Shown here piece after piece: positions 52,325 to 60,427 of a stretch of 64,000 nt of DNA. The stretch's first letter is position 1; each line of letters opens with the position of its first letter. This DNA is from an uncultured bacterium (lineage in GTDB: Bacteria > Auribacterota > Erginobacteria > Erginobacterales > Erginobacteraceae). The stretch is from NCBI GenBank assembly GCA_963822585.1, contig CAWGIE010000036.1, positions 266,642-330,641 on the forward strand. The letters are read 5' to 3'. Below the pieces are notes generated by a model. The model did not search any database and had not been told where the DNA came from. It was given only the letters and a program-made list of their open reading frames with translations. The position numbers were made by a program, and so were the translations under genes.

Positions 52325-52561
52325 TTTAAATTATTTCTCCGAAATAATTTAGTTCTCCCCGATTCAATCAATCGGGGAGCGATCATTTCTCATCTCGAAA
52401 CTTCTACCCTGTCAATTCCTTATTAACCAAGAATAACAATTCCTTTTGTATCGAACAATAATTTATTAATGTTCTCTCCATGGCCGCGGTAAAAAGGTGT
52501 TGTGTTTCCCTCTCCCCCCCATGTTATACGCCCATACCGGCTAACCTCCGGGCCATTCCTG

Positions 52562-53785
52562 ATGAGCGCTATCGTCACATTGAAGATTGAGGACGTCGTC
52601 TATCCCGGCCGGGGCCTGGCGCGCCGGGACGGATGCGTCATCTTCATCGCGGGGGTGCTCCCCGGAGAAACCGTCACCGCGGAGATAACCCGGCAGCGCA
52701 AGACCTACGCCGAGGCGCGACTTGTCCATGTCGAGACCCCCTCGCTCCGGCGGATCGAACCCGCCTGTCCCCTGGCCGGCACCTGCCCCGGATGCTGCTA
52801 CCAGCACATGGAGTACGGGGAGGAACTGCGGCTGAAACAGGCTCAGTTTGAAAACCTGCTGCGACGGATCGGCCGCGTCGAAAAAATTTCCCCGGCCCCG
52901 CCCGTACCCTCACCGGCGTCGCTCGGCTATCGAAACCGGATTACCCTACACGCGGCAGGGGCCGGAGCATCATCTCCGGATCCGGAGAGGGAAATCCGCC
53001 TCGGCTATTTCGGTTTTGATAACAGGTCGGTTATCGACGTCCCGCACTGCCCCCTGGCGATCGATGAGATCAATCGCCTGCTCAAGCATGCCCGGGACGA
53101 TCGTCAATGGCTGGCCGCTCTGAGCAGCGGAGATACCGTCTCACTCCGTTACACGGAGACCGAGGGGGCGATCCTCTGGCTGAACCGCGCCTCCCCGGAG
53201 AAGGAATCTCTGATCGAGACCACCTGTCTTGGTCCGATATCGGTTCCTTACCGCTCTTTTTTCCAGGTGAACATTCCCATCGCCGACGCCCTGATCCGTC
53301 GGGTGCAGGACCTCCTTCGCGCTTTCAGTCCCGCGGCCATGGTCGATCTCTACTGCGGGGCCGGCATTTTCGCCCTGGCGGCCGGGAAAGCCGGCGTTCC
53401 CGCCGTGCTGGGGATTGACAGAAATCGAGCCGCGATCAGGATCGCCCGGAAGAACGCCCGCCGTCACGGACTGCCCGGCGTGAGGTTCGAGGCAATGGCG
53501 GCGGCCGAGGGCCTGCAGTTCGGTCTCGCTCCCCTCCTGCCGGCGGAGACGGCGCTCATCGTGGACCCCCCCCGGGCGGGCTTGTCGGAAGAGGTGATCG
53601 CCGGCATCGCGTCTCATAAACCCGCGACGGTCATCTACTTATCCTGCGCCCCCGACACGCTTTCCCGGGATGCCGCCCTCCTGGCCGCCGCCGGGTACCG
53701 GATCGAAGAAACGCAGATCTTCGACATGTTTCCCCGCACTCCGTATTTCGAGTCCTTGACCGTCTTCGTCACAGATTATTCATAA
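52562..53785 (+). CDS. RNA m5U methyltransferase, RlmD/TrmA family with TRAM domain
   Basis: LPGETV, ACPLAGTCPGCCYQ Fe-S motif, YRNR, SFFQVN, DLYCGAG, VDPPRAG, YLSC, DMFPRT; start ATG 52562. Confidence 0.93.
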   Translation: MSAIVTLKIEDVVYPGRGLARRDGCVIFIAGVLPGETVTAEITRQRKTYAEARLVHVETPSLRRIEPACPLAGTCPGCCYQHMEYGEELRLKQAQFENLLRRIGRVEKISPAPPVPSPASLGYRNRITLHAAGAGASSPDPEREIRLGYFGFDNRSVIDVPHCPLAIDEINRLLKHARDDRQWLAALSSGDTVSLRYTETEGAILWLNRASPEKESLIETTCLGPISVPYRSFFQVNIPIADALIRRVQDLLRAFSPAAMVDLYCGAGIFALAAGKAGVPAVLGIDRNRAAIRIARKNARRHGLPGVRFEAMAAAEGLQFGLAPLLPAETALIVDPPRAGLSEEVIAGIASHKPATVIYLSCAPDTLSRDAALLAAAGYRIEETQIFDMFPRTPYFESLTVFVTDYS

Positions 53786-53826
53786 AAAATTTTAATACAT
53801 AGTCATTGTACTGCTACCGATACCGG

Positions 53827-54118
53827 TTAACCTGGATTATTCATGAAAATTTTCAATTTTCATGAATAATCCAGGTTACCAATCGTCGTTCAGTGTATTA
53901 TGAATAGCAATCTTGTTTATACGGCGACAGCACTCTGCTTTTTCTTCTCCGAATGGACAACGTGTTATTCTTCCGATTACCGTTGCCAGCAGAAGTAGAC
54001 CTTTGACTGTAATTCATTGCCCAAGAATTTTGATAAAATCAATATGTTTTAGGGTGGCTGTTCATTTAAGCCTGGTCATGGTTCAAAACTAACCCGATTT
54101 ATGAATAAATCGGGTTAA
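53827..54118. mobile_element. Hairpin-ended 292-bp non-autonomous element (intact copy)
   Basis: 24-bp perfect stem at 53828-53878, 12-bp stem at 54090-54117, TTAA at both ends; second copy at 19071-20710. Confidence 0.85.
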
Positions 54119-54156
54119 GGCATAGTTCAAATCTAATCTGTTCCTTTTATGTTTTT

Positions 54157-54194
54157 TGCTATAATATAATCCGATTTATTCATACATCGGATTA
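54157..54194 (+). promoter_or_regulatory. Extended -10 promoter with overlapping palindrome upstream of a two-gene module
   Basis: TGcTATAAT at 54157-54165; TAATCCGATTTATTCATACATCGGATTA at 54167-54194. Confidence 0.45.
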
Positions 54195-54200
54195 TGTTTT

Positions 54201-54458
54201 ATGAAATCCATTCCCCGGGACACAGATTTAAAATCGGCACGCCTCCGGTATTCAGTTCTCCGGAACAACAGCTCTGCCGACAGGTTTAATATGGCCATCG
54301 AGCTGAGCTATTTTCTGCGGGAGACACTGGATGCCGGTATCAGGCAACGGCATCCCGATTACTCCAGGGATAGGGTCCGAAGGGAGATTCTTCGCCTAAC
54401 GCTCGGGAAAACACTCTTTGAAAAATATGAGTCTCACTCTGTCCGGGAGAGGCCATGA
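54201..54458 (+). CDS. Small hypothetical protein (putative antitoxin/partner)
   Basis: 85 aa, AGIRQRHP motif; ATGA overlap with the next gene. Confidence 0.65.
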   Translation: MKSIPRDTDLKSARLRYSVLRNNSSADRFNMAIELSYFLRETLDAGIRQRHPDYSRDRVRREILRLTLGKTLFEKYESHSVRERP

Positions 54459-55027
54459 CGCAAAAAAATTTTTTCGGGGGCTTGATTGGGAAGATCGAAA
54501 GCGCCGGGATCCCTTACATGGTGACCGGCTCTTTTGCCAGTAGTTTTCACGGCGAGCCCCGGGCTTCCAATGACTCGGATATCATTATCGCTCCGACCAT
54601 CGAACAGCTCGAAACATTTCTCGGATTGCTTGGTTCCGGCTATTATGTTGATCCTGATACGGCACGGGATGCCTTTCATCGAAGAACGATGTTCAATGTC
54701 ATCGATGTCCGGAGAGGATGGAAAGCTGACCTGATTATCCGGAAGGATCGGGCGTTCAGCCGGGAAGAATTTCGGAGAAAAATTGTCGCCCGAATCGGTG
54801 AAACAACGGCAATGATGGCTTCCCCGGAAGATGTAATCCTCGCTAAACTGGAATGGGCAAAGTCCGGGCAGTCTGAACTGCAGTTCCGTGACGCCCTCGG
54901 CGTTGCCGCTATCCAATGGCAAGAACTCGATATTGATTATCTGATGAAGTGGGGGAAAGAATTGAAAATTGATCAGATCCTCCAGGTCCTGTTTGAGCAG
55001 GCAAAACAGCTTCAGTCTCCTGAATAG
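54455..55027 (+). CDS. Pol-beta-type nucleotidyltransferase-like protein (AbiEii/DUF6036-like)
   Basis: IPYMVTGSFAS..HGEPRASNDSDII (GS...DxD), KADL, SPEDVILAKLEW, QFRDA. Confidence 0.7.
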   Translation: MTQKNFFGGLIGKIESAGIPYMVTGSFASSFHGEPRASNDSDIIIAPTIEQLETFLGLLGSGYYVDPDTARDAFHRRTMFNVIDVRRGWKADLIIRKDRAFSREEFRRKIVARIGETTAMMASPEDVILAKLEWAKSGQSELQFRDALGVAAIQWQELDIDYLMKWGKELKIDQILQVLFEQAKQLQSPE

Positions 55028-55073
55028 GCCAAACATGCCGATGCAAGTGTTTTCAATGAATTCACGTAATTAT

Positions 55074-55259
55074 GCCCTGCTCGAAAAGGATTTCGAGCAC
55101 CCCGGTAGAACCGGGGTAAATTCTAATAGCGAAATCCTAAATAAATCCAAAATCAAAATGATCAAATGTGTCAAATATCGTCGGTTTTAGCCCCATTGTT
55201 TTGGATTTTTCAGTTTTGGTCATTTGATATTATTTAGGATTTAGATATTAGGATTTGAG
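55074..55259. repeat. ~185-bp AAATCCT-heptamer inverted element, copy 2
   Basis: Near-identical to 29002-29188. Confidence 0.85.
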
Positions 55260-55285
55260 AGCTTACGAGCTTTTATAATAAGCTT

Positions 55286-55485
55286 TAATTAGTGTCAATT
55301 CGTGTAATTCGTGGACTAAAACGGGCCGAGGCGGGGGAATAAATTCGCGCAATTCGTAGTTTCTGAAGGGGGCCGAGGCGGGGCACTATTCAGTGTAATC
55401 TGTGTAAACTTGTGGTGAGCGGAGTCGAATCCATCTGTGGACTGAAAAGGGGCCGAGGCGGGGGATATTCGCGCTATTCGTGGTT
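55286..55485. repeat. Array of repeat half-arms separated by GGGCCGAGGCGGGG
   Basis: Motif at 55323, 55368 and 55449 with different intervening arms. Confidence 0.8.
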
Positions 55486-56469
55486 CCTCAGCAGCCGGGC
55501 CGCGAAAAGGGAGAGGGACGGCTCGCTGGTCCAGATTCTCTTCAAAGCATAGGGATCGGAGGAGGCATCAGTGACGCCCTCGATCGTTGAGCAGGCGTAT
55601 TCATACCCGGCATGTCGGACCATCCCCTTGATCACCTCATCGAAATCTCCTTCCTCCCCATTGGGGTAACAGAAGCCCCGCACTTCCTGTCGGAGGATTT
55701 TCTCCAGCTGTGACTTGGATTCCTTGATCTCTTCCTGGGCCAGCCGGGGCGGGACCCTGCTCAGGATGGGATGATAAACCGTGTGAGCGCCGAAGTCGAT
55801 CCCCGCGTCTGCCATCTCCCGGATCTCTTTACTGCTCAGGATCCGGGCGGGATTCTTTTTCGCCACCGCCAACTGATCGGCGATCTGCCGGAAAAGATTT
55901 TCCCGTTCCTCCTCGTAGAGCGTCTTCAGGATCGCCTTGATCTCGCGGAAGACACCGATCTTCGAGGCCTGGTCGGACCAGCGGAACACTTCTTTCTTTT
56001 CTCCCCGCGCGATCTCCAGGGCGGTTATTGCCGTCTCCTTGAAGAGAAACCCCAGTTCGTCGGTCCAGGGAAGCCGGGCGGTATCGACAAATCCGGTCGT
56101 TATGAAAACCGTGGCCGGCAGGTTTAACCCTTTCAGGAGCGGGAAGGCGTTTTGGTAAACGTCCGCATACTCATCATCAAACGTGATCGCGATCGATCCG
56201 GGGGGCGGGTTCTCGCCCTTCTTTATCAACTCCACCAGCCTGTCCAGATCGAGAACGCGATACCATCTCCTGAGATATTTCATCTGCCGGACGAAGATCC
56301 GTACCGGCACATGGGGAAGAAACGGCTCATCGCCGGCGGTTACGTGATGATACATCAGTATCGGGCAGAATCCTTTTCCCCGGCGCCCGGCAATTAGTTT
56401 GGTTATACCGGCATAAAAACCGATCCTGGCCAGCAATTTCTTCATACTTTCCTTGTACGCATTCTGCAT
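55474..56469 (-). CDS. Polysaccharide deacetylase (CE4/NodB-like)
   Basis: ILMYHHV, ITFDD, PATVFI, FGAHTVYHP, FCYPNG; start ATG 56469 (or 56445). Confidence 0.92.
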   Translation of the reverse strand: MQNAYKESMKKLLARIGFYAGITKLIAGRRGKGFCPILMYHHVTAGDEPFLPHVPVRIFVRQMKYLRRWYRVLDLDRLVELIKKGENPPPGSIAITFDDEYADVYQNAFPLLKGLNLPATVFITTGFVDTARLPWTDELGFLFKETAITALEIARGEKKEVFRWSDQASKIGVFREIKAILKTLYEEERENLFRQIADQLAVAKKNPARILSSKEIREMADAGIDFGAHTVYHPILSRVPPRLAQEEIKESKSQLEKILRQEVRGFCYPNGEEGDFDEVIKGMVRHAGYEYACSTIEGVTDASSDPYALKRIWTSEPSLSLFAARLLRNHE

Positions 56470-56476
56470 TTCATTC

Positions 56477-56531
56477 CCCCTCCCTTGTTGGACAAAAAAG
56501 GCTTTGCCTTTTTTGTCCAACAAGGGAGGGG
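56477..56531. repeat. REP-like palindrome 3' of RAYT (26-bp stem)
   Basis: CCCCTCCCTTGTTGGACAAAAAAGGC-ttt-GCCTTTTTTGTCCAACAAGGGAGGGG. Confidence 0.9.
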
Positions 56532-56543
56532 ATATTGTCTAAT

Positions 56544-57467
56544 TTATTCGGTTTTTGTTTTGAGGCTATTATAAACGGAGGACTTTGATATTCCCAGTAA
56601 ATCAATGATCTCCTGTACGGAATAGCCGCGGGATCTTAGCTGTCGGACAGCGAATGCGCGCGCCTGTAATTCCGTCGGCGTATTCAGTCGTTTCTTATTC
56701 CTGAGATCCTTAATAATCCGATCGATCGTTTCATTGTCCATATATCCCGCTTTGTCTTGTTCCATGCCCCCATTAACGATCAGGTCCGGGAATTTCTTTT
56801 TAATCCAGATCCCGAACCGGCCTAATGCTTTTTTATGCTCCAGCACTTCCCGCTGCTTATATTTTAATGCTTCGACCAGCAGACCCCGGTACTTCTGACG
56901 AGCTTTGACGATATTCCTGTCGAGCATATTAAGTATAAAGCGCCAGTCAATATACGTATTAAATGTACCGTTGTTGCAATACAGGCGCCATGTCGACCAT
57001 GGATACTTTCGATAATTTGAGCATATAGCCGCCCGAACGGGGTTTAAATGGATATATACGGACGCGGCCAGTAAATAATAATCGTCAAAGCATGCTGCCT
57101 GACCGAAAGGTCCGCAGAAAAGGTGACCCTTTCTATTGTACTTATGATTGAAGTATATTGCATAACAAGTGAAAAGATGGTGCATGGATTTCGTGAGGTT
57201 AGCCTCTCTCTGGCGCAGAAGGATATGAACGTGATTCGACATCAAACAAAAGGCGAATATTGATAAATCATAATTAATTGCAGTTTCTTTAAAGAGCTTA
57301 AGCATATAAAGGTAATCACTTTTTTCCAGAAAGAGGGGCGTATCACCGACCGCTCTCTGGGTAATATGAGAAACTAATCCCTCATAATCCAACTTATGCC
57401 GGGTTCTTAAATATCTTTTTAGCTTCCCGGCTCTGATTAAATCATAAACTTTCATCTCATTTACCAA
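56544..57467 (-). CDS. REP-associated tyrosine transposase (Y1 HUH, RAYT) with C-terminal HTH
   Basis: HITQR...LF, FCLMSNHVHILL (HUH), RKGHLF, YIHLNPVRA (catalytic Tyr), YPWST, C-terminal YSVQEIIDLLGISKSSVY; AT-rich compared with neighbours. Confidence 0.9.
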   Translation of the reverse strand: MVNEMKVYDLIRAGKLKRYLRTRHKLDYEGLVSHITQRAVGDTPLFLEKSDYLYMLKLFKETAINYDLSIFAFCLMSNHVHILLRQREANLTKSMHHLFTCYAIYFNHKYNRKGHLFCGPFGQAACFDDYYLLAASVYIHLNPVRAAICSNYRKYPWSTWRLYCNNGTFNTYIDWRFILNMLDRNIVKARQKYRGLLVEALKYKQREVLEHKKALGRFGIWIKKKFPDLIVNGGMEQDKAGYMDNETIDRIIKDLRNKKRLNTPTELQARAFAVRQLRSRGYSVQEIIDLLGISKSSVYNSLKTKTE

Positions 57468-57474
57468 ATAATTA

Positions 57475-57523
57475 TCATCTTATTGGACAAAAAAGGCAAA
57501 GCCTTTTTTGTCCAATAAGATGA
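57475..57523. repeat. REP-like palindrome 5' of RAYT (23-bp stem)
   Basis: TCATCTTATTGGACAAAAAAGGC-aaa-GCCTTTTTTGTCCAATAAGATGA. Confidence 0.9.
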
Positions 57524-57671
57524 CTAAAAGGGGTCACGGACGAGGGTGCAGGAAAGGAAGGCGGCCGGCGAGGAGGCTTCTCCAACCTCCTTCGACCGAG
57601 CCAGCACGGACCAGGGCGTGGAGGAGGTATCCGGCCCGGTAATAAAATTTACGGTTGGCGATTCTACACTT

Positions 57672-57738
57672 GCTGCAAGGAATGCCGAGGACATTCCGAT
57701 CCTGCAAGCCCGGAAGCGCAAGCTTCAGGACGAAACTA
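57672..57738. repeat. Degenerate partial copy of the GTAG-hairpin mosaic
   Basis: CAAGGAATGCCGAGGACATTCCGATCCTGCAAGCCC...GCGCAAGC...GGACGAAACTA aligns with 33176-33238; supplies the radical SAM stop codon. Confidence 0.7.
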
Positions 57739-58846
57739 TCTTCTTTTTAAGCTTTGCCCACTTAATCCCCAGGTATTCCTTGAGAATCTGCGGATAAACC
57801 CGGATATTAAAGAGGATATTCAGAGTCAGGAAGCACTCGTAGGTGCAGAAACATTTCGTCTCCCTGATCACCCTCCTGGCTTCATCGGCTTTCTTGCTGA
57901 ACCAGATTTTTTTAAAGTCGTAATTAAAGTCACGGACGTTTCCCAGTTTCAGATCGTCGTGGAGTTCGCAGGGGAGCACCTCGCCGTTGGCGAAGAGAGC
58001 CGCGCCCAAAGTCCCCCCGTAACAGGGGAGGATCATCCGGTTTTCCCGGATGACCCGGGCGATGACCCGGTGACGGATGATCCTTTTCGCGTTGATCACG
58101 TCGGCGAAGGGAAATCGGTCATACCCCGTGAGCATCCGCTCCTTGATCCCCTGCTCCATCGCCCGGGCGTATTTCTCATAATTGTCGATGTTGAAGAACT
58201 TGGCCGACGGCTCCATCGGCTTCCCCCGGCAGAGGAGCGTGAAGATGGTATCCGCCTCCGTTTTGCTGGTGAAGTACTTATACATATCAAGCAGTTTGGC
58301 ATCGTTATAGGAGGAGACCGTGGTCTCGATCGTGCTCGTGAAACGGGGATAGGCCCGCTCGATCTTCTTCAGTTCGGAGAAGGTGGCCATCGCCTGCTTG
58401 AAGAGACCCGGCGTCTGCCTGATCTCGTCGTGATCTGCCCCGATCCCGTCCACGGAGACGTCAACCATCAGATCAAGATCCGGGCAGGTATCGAGCACGC
58501 TCTTCACCGTCTCCACCACCTGAGCGGTCAGGCCGCCGTTGGTGGGGATCCCCACGTTGCAGACGTGATTGTTGCGGTGAAAAATCCGGATGATCTCGGC
58601 CAGGTCCTTCCTCAGAAACGGTTCGCCGCCGGTGGGGAGGAGAAAGAGGAAATCATCCATGCTCGCCGACACCTTCTCGATCTCGTCGATCGTCAGCTCG
58701 TCGCCGCCCGGGTGAATGCCGCCCAGGAGACAATGCTTGCAGTTGGCGTTGCACCGCTCGGTAATAAAAAATACCAGGTAGACCGGAGAGACATGCTTTT
58801 TATAAAAAATGCGGGAAGCGTATTTCAGGTAATTCAAACCGGACAT
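57725..58846 (-). CDS. Radical SAM protein with SPASM/twitch domain
   Basis: TERCNANCKHC, TGGEPFLR, PTNG, VSVDG, PCYGG...GEVLPCE, CFCTYEC. Confidence 0.92.
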   Translation of the reverse strand: MSGLNYLKYASRIFYKKHVSPVYLVFFITERCNANCKHCLLGGIHPGGDELTIDEIEKVSASMDDFLFLLPTGGEPFLRKDLAEIIRIFHRNNHVCNVGIPTNGGLTAQVVETVKSVLDTCPDLDLMVDVSVDGIGADHDEIRQTPGLFKQAMATFSELKKIERAYPRFTSTIETTVSSYNDAKLLDMYKYFTSKTEADTIFTLLCRGKPMEPSAKFFNIDNYEKYARAMEQGIKERMLTGYDRFPFADVINAKRIIRHRVIARVIRENRMILPCYGGTLGAALFANGEVLPCELHDDLKLGNVRDFNYDFKKIWFSKKADEARRVIRETKCFCTYECFLTLNILFNIRVYPQILKEYLGIKWAKLKKKIVSS

Positions 58847-58891
58847 TTCAAACCACCTTCTTGATGTAATATTCAGGAATTTTTAAGAGAG

Positions 58892-59149
58892 TACCACTTT
58901 AGCTTTTTGAAAATTTAGGCCACTACCGGGTTTATCCCGGCGGGGCCGTGACTGGAAACTAAATCGGGCTGCATCCCCCCTCACCCTTCCCCCTGTCTCC
59001 GCGCCATCGGCGCGGAGACAGGGGGAAGGGTGAGGGGGGAAGAGTTGGGGACATTGTTATTAGTTCCCAGTCATTATCCCACCGACACAAGGTCGGTGGT
59101 GCCATAAAAGTTATTACCGCTTAATTAGTTTCAAAGAGCTAAAGTGTTA
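58892..59149. mobile_element. Nested symmetric MITE-like element
   Basis: Outer IR TA(C/A)CACTTTAGCT(T/C)TTTGAAA; inner IR TGACTGG(A/G)AACTAA; central long perfect hairpin at 58974-59040. Confidence 0.75.
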
Positions 59150-59251
59150 CCTAAAATATAACACCACATCCGGATGTAACCAGATAATTTTTCTGGCGAC
59201 GGCAGCCGTGACCAAAGCCAGAGCCTGAAAAATCTTTACTTACTAAGGAGA

Positions 59252-60382
59252 TCAGTACCGGCGGAAGAGGGACGTGAGGAGTTCCCATTTGTGACCGAGA
59301 ACAAGGGCGGGCATCAGGTCGCACTGGGAAAAACAGGCGCATTTCCCTTCCGCGATGAATCGGCGGATGCGGGTCATGGGTTGGCCGTACCAGATTTCTT
59401 CAAAAGACTGGTCGGTCAGATCGCCGACCGGCTTCAGTAATGTGGGGCAATTATAGACTTTCCCGTCATTATGGACCAGGAGGGAGATCGAGGATGAGAA
59501 ACATCGGCTGGCGGGGAGCGATTTTTTTTCAATAAAACTCTTTCTCATGTATCCGATCAGCTCCCGATGGAAAATAATCTCCGCCTGGCGGTAAATCCGG
59601 TGCATAAAGGTATTGTGCTGGAGAGGGGACCGTTTCTGGCTCCGGACTATTTCCTCCAGCTGAGATATGATCTCCCGGGTTTCCTCAGGGGTAAAAACAT
59701 AGCTTTTGTCACCGACATTGTCGGTAAACCCGAACTCACTGGCCGGCTTGGTCGTGAACTCGGCCCCCAATTCCCGGGAGAGTTGAAACACCGGCAATAA
59801 CTGCCGGTAATTATCCCGCATGATGGTGAATTTAATCGTCGGTTTAAGATTTGCATGCCGGCGGCTTAACTCCATCAGACCGGTCAGAGTCTCCAGAGCC
59901 CGATCGAATGTTCCCGGCACACCTCTGATCCGGTCGTGTTCTTCTTTTAAACCATCGAGGGAAATGTCCATCACCAGGGTAAAACGATATTTCCTGATCA
60001 GGCTATTAATCGTCCGCAGGGTCTTGTCGGGCAGCGTGCCATTGGACGAAAAGAGAACCGTCTGATAGCGCTCTCCCCCCGCCAATTCGATCAGGCGTTC
60101 AACATCGGTTAAAAAAGGCTCGCCTCCGGTAATATCGAGCACCTGGAGTCCACGAGCGAGAGGAGAGCGATTGAGATTGATCAGGGCCTGTTCGGGGAGA
60201 TCAATTTTCGGTTCCTGTTTCCAGAGGTTGCACATCTGGCATTTCAGATTGCACCGGTTGGTGGTGGTGAGATGAAGAATAACCGGCCGCAGGAGGCGGT
60301 CGTTCTTCAAGCGCATCCCCAGATCGGTCAGCAAAATATTTTTAAGCAGCTTGATCATCACTTCCGAAGCCCGGATCATCAA
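59252..60382 (-). CDS. Radical SAM protein with SPASM/twitch domain
   Basis: TNRCNLKCQMC, ITGGEPF, SSNG, ISLDG, HDRIRG, RCFSS...GKVYNCP, CACFSQC. Confidence 0.92.
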   Translation of the reverse strand: MMIRASEVMIKLLKNILLTDLGMRLKNDRLLRPVILHLTTTNRCNLKCQMCNLWKQEPKIDLPEQALINLNRSPLARGLQVLDITGGEPFLTDVERLIELAGGERYQTVLFSSNGTLPDKTLRTINSLIRKYRFTLVMDISLDGLKEEHDRIRGVPGTFDRALETLTGLMELSRRHANLKPTIKFTIMRDNYRQLLPVFQLSRELGAEFTTKPASEFGFTDNVGDKSYVFTPEETREIISQLEEIVRSQKRSPLQHNTFMHRIYRQAEIIFHRELIGYMRKSFIEKKSLPASRCFSSSISLLVHNDGKVYNCPTLLKPVGDLTDQSFEEIWYGQPMTRIRRFIAEGKCACFSQCDLMPALVLGHKWELLTSLFRRY

Positions 60383-60427
60383 TCCTTATTTAACATATAA
60401 CGCTTTACCTTATATGTTAAATAAGGA

